64,000 nucleotides of DNA from the human T2T-CHM13v2.0 reference genome, Homo sapiens: assembly GCF_009914755.1 (NCBI RefSeq), contig NC_060940.1. One strand, given 5' to 3'. Position 1 is the first letter of the stretch, and each line of letters starts with the position of its first letter. The notes under the pieces are model-generated. The model was not told the DNA's origin, searched no databases, and saw nothing but the letters and a program-made list of their open reading frames with translations. Positions 58,520 through 64,000 of this stretch are shown piece after piece. Both the position numbers and the translations under genes were made by a program.

Positions 58520-58805
58520 TTGTTCTTTGAGACACTCTGTTGCCCAGGCTGGAGTGCAGTGGCGCAGTCATGGCTCACTGCAGCTTCAACTTCCAAGACT
58601 CAGGCAGTCCTCCCCCTTCAGCCCCCGCCAAGTAGCTGGGACCACAGGCATGCACCACCCAGGCCTGGCTAATTTTTAAATTATTTGTAGAGATAAGGTC
58701 TCCCTAGGTTACCCAGGTTAGTCTGAAACTCCTGGGCTCAAGCAATCCTCTCGCCTCAGCCTCCCAAAGTGCTAGTTTTACAGGCATGAGCCACTGTGCC
58801 CGACC
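58520..58805 (-). mobile_element. AluJ ~390 bp upstream of exon 3
   Basis: Reverse-complement dimer. Confidence 0.85.
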
Positions 58806-59192
58806 AAGATCCCCTTTTAAACAACTGATTTGGGTTGCCTCTGGTTATGACAATTGAGATAACTAAATAGTGAGTGTTGAGAAAACAGTAGAGCCCAAAT
58901 CATGTCAGAACCCTTGATCTTAGAGGGCATGGGAGGAACGAACAGTAGCGAGAGGCGGGAATTGACCTTCTCCTTTTCATAGATGATTAAAGGTGTGTAT
59001 GCCTAAGACCCATGGGGCCATCAGACAGTCTCTGGGGCTCCAGGTCGCTGGAGCAATGCGCCTGGGGTGTTGGGCCTTCGTCAAGGTCAGCCTCCGCCTC
59101 TCAGCCTCCTGCGCCGGTGTGTGCTGCACCTGCACTCTCAGTCAGTGCTTCCCTGCATTCCGATATCACACTGCTCTGTTTCTTCATTTCAG

Positions 59193-59269
59193 GGTTACGC
59201 TAAGGACATGGTGACAGACTTTGATGAGAAACATGATGAGTATTTAATATTGCTTCAGCAGAGGAACCG
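59193..59269 (+). CDS. KATNIP: KATNIP (KIAA0556) coding exon 3, 77 nt, encodes GYAKDMVTDFDEKHDEYLILLQQRN(R)
   Basis: Polypyrimidine acceptor ctctgtttcttcatttcAG (59191-59192), donor CG|GTaaga (59270). Peptide is the C-terminal part of ORF 59067..59273 and matches recalled KATNIP residues 22-47. Confidence 0.95.
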
Positions 59270-61686
59270 GTAAGAGAAGCCACTCGACGGCAGCCCTTGA
59301 TATTAGCGAAGTAAAAATCTATTTAGATTTATTAACAGCAGGCAGGCCCTGCCTCACATAGGAATGGGATGCAGAGTCCCCCTCCACTCAGAGGCTTAGA
59401 ATATTATCTGCAACCCCAGCTCCTATTTCTCCATTCACTGATTTAATTGCATTTTTTGACTGAGCTGTAGCAAACTGCTCGATGTGTAAGTACCGCCTCT
59501 TCCCTCCCTGCTCCTATTCTGGGAGAAGATAAGGTTGTCAAAAAAGGCTTGGATTTGGCAGGGCTTGTGCAAGAACCACCTGAAGAGCCCAGTCTGTGAT
59601 TGTGCAGGCTTTGACAGTCCCTGAAATCTGAGCCTATAATCATGTCGTGTTATGCAAAAATGGAGTCATTTTACATTGGCGTTTGAAGTTGGTCGATAAG
59701 TCATTTGAAGTTAAAGTAGGACTGATTTTGTCTCTGGAATGCTTGTTCTTGAAAAAGCTTGCAGTAGGTCCAGTGTGTAGCGATCAAGGTCAAAACATCA
59801 TGGTCTGGTTTGAAAGAGGCATCATTGCCTTGGTTCCTTTGTAGGGCTGAGGAAGTTCATTTTCAGTTCACCGCAGTTTGTCTTCAGGCCTCAAACTTTG
59901 CAATAAGCTGGGGATTTGCAAATTCAGATGCTGGGAGTGGCCAGGCAGTGAGTGGAGCTGGCTCAGTGGAACAGTGGATACCTGAGCTCCTGTCTCCAAG
60001 CTGCTCAGCCCAGGCCAGCTGTCTGTGAGACCACAGTTCCCCCAGGTCCTGATCCTCCCAAGTCTGCCAGAGAAGCTGGAGATCTGCATTTGGCCTGTGA
60101 AATCTCCTGAGTTTTAAAATGTTGGTAATGAATTCAAGTGAAAGCACAAAGCAAACAGAAAAACAACGCAGGCCCACAGAACTGGTGGGGGGAAGGGGAA
60201 GAAAGGGGAATGGGTACGAATGTGGGCCTCTGTGTTATCGGAGTGGGCTTAGGGTCTTGCAGATAACAGAGTCTGGGGTAGGGAGGTGTCATCCTGCATG
60301 TGACTTCAGCTCTGGTCTCACTGACTGGACTCAGTGTTATCAACAGGGGCCTTGGTGGCATGTTGCATGGGACAAGTTTTTGTAATCTCACGAATTGCAG
60401 GAGTTTAGCATCTCTGCCCACCAGCCCCTTTACTAAATTTCAGTAAGACCCTAAATTCCATCTATGACAGCACCCACCCACTTTCCAGATACCTACCTAC
60501 TGAGGCAGCACCACCCCTGGTAGAGATCTTCGGAACAGACAATCTCTCCAGGGCCAGCCAGAAACGCCACAACAGTGTCCTCTGTGCCCAGCAGCTCTGT
60601 GCTCATCCCCCTCCATCCCCACATCAACCTCAAACTAGAATGGCGAAGGCTTGTGCTGATTAGACCGACGTGGGTTTCCATCATCATTAATGCCACAGAG
60701 CAGGATGTTTTTATTCAATCTCTGGCAGACTGGATGGTGCCACTGAACACCTGGGTGATTGTTTAATCATCTGCATGTGACTTGTCTGGGGAGAGGCTGT
60801 CACAGTTCCTTATGAACAAATTGTTTCTCATTAATTGGGGGATCAATAAGTGTGCAATCAAAGAGGCACTGGCCAATAGTATAAATGAGAATTTCCAGAG
60901 ACAAGGTTATAGCACAAAGACAATTAAAAGCTATATCAAAACTGAGTTGCCATAAAATTTGGGGGGACGTGTTGTCACCAAGATGGAGCTGTCGTGATGA
61001 CAGGAAATTAGAAGGTAGAGCTGGAAAGAAACACCTTCCAGTGGAGACTTGTGAAGAATGGGAATCCCCCTGAGCCATCGTCGGTGAAATCTCAAAGGCA
61101 CCTTTTGCAGAGTGCCAGCCATATGCCCGGCACCTCAACCCATCATTTTACTTTGTCTGCACACTACCCAATGGGGCAGAGTAACTGCACCCATTTTACA
61201 GGCAAGGAAGTGGAGGCTCCGAGCAGTGAGCAACTTGCCCGAGGTCTCACAGCCAGAAAGTGGTGGAGCCGGGCTGGACTCTACGTTTTGCTTGATGTTG
61301 TCATAAACAATCAAGAGGAGAAAAAAAAACCTGCCGGATTGCCAGTGGCCCTATGTTAAGTGAGGAGGGGTTTTGTGGGAAGAACTGCAATTTACTTGGA
61401 AATCTAGTTATAGGACCAGATAGAAAACTAGCCTCTGAGCTTTACGCTGGACATTGAGGGAGATGAAAACCCAGGCTGCTTATCTGGGTTGTCTGTAACC
61501 CGAGAAGGGGGGATGTAATCGTTGGAGTGAGTTCTGAGCAGAGATCTGCCTAGAACACAGCTTCCCATAAGAAGCAGGGCAACATTTTTCTTTTATTCAT
61601 TTAGCAGGATTTCACTGAGTACCTTCTAAGTGCCTGGCATTGCCATTAATGCAAAGGGAAGCATTGTGATAAGGAAGACACAGACT

Positions 61687-62900
61687 GTATTAGTATGTTT
61701 TGGCTGTAAGAGACAGAAACTCAAAGTAAATGGACTTAAGCAGCTAGGAAACACTGGCTCATGGAATTAAGAAATCCAACATTGAGCTGGGCATGGTGGC
61801 TTCTGCTTGTAACCCCAACTATGCAGGAGGCTAAGGCAGGAGGATCGCTTGAGCCCAGAAGTTCAAAACCCCGTCTCTAAAGTATTTTTTTTAAATAGCC
61901 AGGTGTGGTGGCATCCACCTATAGTTCTAGCTACTCACTACTTAGGAGGCTGAGGTGGGAGGATCACTTGAGTCTAGGAATTCAAGACTGCAGTGAGCTA
62001 TGATTATGCCACTGCACTCCAGGCTGGGTGATAGAGTGAGACACTGTCTCTAAAAAAAAAAAGAAATTCATCATGATACTCTTGGCCTCAGGCATAGCTA
62101 CATCCAAGTGTTTAGATTATGTAATCAAAATCGACTATTCTCCATTTTCTATACCCTCGTTTTCCCATATTAGAGCCATTCTCAGGCAGGTACTTCACTT
62201 GCAGTGGCCAAGACAGCCAGGAAAAGCCCCTACGTACATCCTACCTAGAAGCATTAGGTATCTTTCCTAATGCTTCCAGCAAAAGTGCTGAGGAAGGTTC
62301 CCATTGGCCTGGCATGGGCCCAATTCCATCCCAAGCTACGTTAGGCCATTTTTGCATTACTATAAAGTAACAGCTGAGACTGGGTAATTTATAAAGAGAA
62401 AGGTTTCATTGGCTCACGATTCTGCAGGCTGTACAGGAAGCATGGTGCCGCCATCTGCTTGGCTTCTGGGGAGGCCTCAGGGAGCTTGTATTCATGGCTG
62501 AAGGCAAAGTGAAAGCAGGCACATCACATGTTGAGAGCAGGAGAGAGAGGGTGGGGGGGAGGTGCCACACACTTGTAAATGGCCAGATCTTGGGAGAACT
62601 CACTATCGCAAGGACAACATCAAGGGGATGCTGCTAAACCATTCATGAGAACTCTGCCCCCATGATTCAGTCACCTCCCACCAGGTCCTACCTCGACACT
62701 AGGGATTACAATCCAGCATGAGATTTAGAGGGGTCATACATCCTAACTATATACAAGCCAATCACTCCCTGTGTCTGGTGAGATGGCGCAGTCTACTGGC
62801 CGTTCCTTGGCCACCCCACTAAATTGTGCAGTGGAGTCAGTTTCACCCGGTGGAGTCAGTTTCATGGAGTCAAAGAAGGAATGGTGCTGTACCCAGTGGA
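61687..62900 (-). mobile_element. Old MLT1 LTR interrupted by AluJ (+, 61785-62062) and MSTB
   Basis: tgtattagtatgttttggctgtaagagacagaaactcaa MLT1 end. Confidence 0.6.
62337..62753 (-). mobile_element. MSTB-like MaLR solo LTR
   Basis: ctgagactgggtaatttataaag...ggctcacgattctgcaggctgtacaggaagcatgg; 5-bp TSD CAAGC at 62332-62336 and 62754-62758. Confidence 0.88.
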
Positions 62901-64000
62901 GATCTGAGGGGCTCTGTTTGGAAGATGGGGGAGATTCCTGGCCAGGCAGAGAGAGCAGGTGTCCACCACACAGCTCTTACCCTTGAAGAACTCCCCAGTA
63001 GTGGCAGGGTGAGCGCAAGGCCACCTATAACTATGACAAAAGAAGCAGAAAGTGATTGTGTGCTCCAGGAGAAGACTGGGGGCAGGGAGTAGGGGGACAG
63101 AGTCTGGAGATGTGACAGCCTTGCCTCACTCCTGCAGAAACCCTGCCAGCTGCCTGTCCCAGTGGACTCTGAGTGATTCTTGTCACTCAACCTCATGAAA
63201 GAGGTAATCATGCCCGACAAGATTCATAAAAGGGCAGGCGGAGTGATCAAAGGGCTGAGTGATGAAGATCGACTGAGAAGATGAGGGCCCTTGTATCTGA
63301 AGAGGTGACAGCAGAGAGGGGCTGTAATATACACCTCTAGACTGCAGGGGGTAGACCCAGATTTGCTCTCCAGGTCCAAGAATCCAGCAATGCTGTGATC
63401 ATTTGGTCCTTGAGAAAGGTCATTCAAGGGAAACTTACAGGAAAACTTGCCCACAAAAGTGCTGGGCCTGCAGCCCCAGGAGAAGATCCAGGCAGAAAGA
63501 AGGAAGGAGAGAACCAGCATCACTGGGGGCCTCACCTGGACCTTTGTCTGAGCCAGCGCTTTAACCCAGTCTATCCTTTTGTCCTCATGGCAGCCCAGGG
63601 AGGTGCCGGCATCTTTAGTCTCCTGTTACAGAAGAGGAAACAGACCCCAGGGAGGTTTAGGAACTTGCTCAAGGTCATGCAAGCTGGGGAAATGGTGGAG
63701 TCTCTGGCAATGAGCTCCGTCCTCCACACTCACCTCCTCCACCTGCACAGATGCTCTTATGTGCAGCTCTGTGGAGCATCCTAGGTGACCTACAGGTTCT
63801 GGGGAGGAATGGCAGGCTTCTTTTTACACCCCTGCCCTCCCTGTCTTCACCCTTCAAGACTGGACTCAAATGCCACCCCCTCCAAGGAGCCCCCAGTTGC
63901 GAGCCAGTGCTCTCTCCTCTGACCTCTTCTTGCTCAGAGCCTCTGTGATGCCTGGTGCTAGAGGCAAGAAACAGCAGGAAGGAGCAGGGGAGAGCACAAG

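Larger units (their letters stand above)
59270..64000 (+). other. KATNIP: 5' part of KATNIP intron 3
   Basis: Starts at the GTAAGA donor. No following exon (expected ...RILKHLK...) is seen in the window. Confidence 0.8.

Noticed and set aside
59067-59273. 68-aa ORF as a standalone gene
   Set aside because: Only 59193-59269 is exonic; the rest is intron read-through.
62831-62872. Short direct repeats (gtggagtcagtttca x2 here; also 4294-4323, 22870-22891, 29788-29809)
   Set aside because: Ordinary slippage duplications; two copies only, no spacer array and no CRISPR-like structure.

Overview
Primate (very likely human) genomic DNA, extremely Alu-rich and almost entirely intronic. Two small + strand coding exons are present: 14667-14722 (56 nt) and 59193-59269 (77 nt). 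Both have canonical AG/GT borders and splice in frame to ...GQTLRKAERSWSCSREKKE|GYAKDMVTDFDEKHDEYLILLQQRNR..., which I recognise from memory as the N-terminus of KATNIP (KIAA0556; ciliary microtubule/katanin-interacting protein, Joubert syndrome gene), exons 2 and 3. The rest is the end of intron 1, a 44.47-kb intron 2 and the start of intron 3. These introns hold about 60 Alu/FLAM copies, L1 and L2 fragments, MIRs, solo LTRs (MER4A-type, LTR8-type, MSTB, MLT1, LTR33) and MER DNA-transposon fossils. Apart from the ORF overlapping exon 3 and an L1 ORF2 remnant, the ORF track is repeat-derived noise. I see no evidence of a new multi-gene system. The most unusual signals are locally templated DNA copies: a 275-bp Alu+flank insertion inside another Alu, a non-Alu inverted repeat, an old direct duplication, a fold-back Alu junction and a perfect 88-bp tandem duplication. 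There are also candidate cryptic exons and regulatory motifs. Repeat subfamily names are by-eye calls, and repeat borders are approximate unless TSDs are given.
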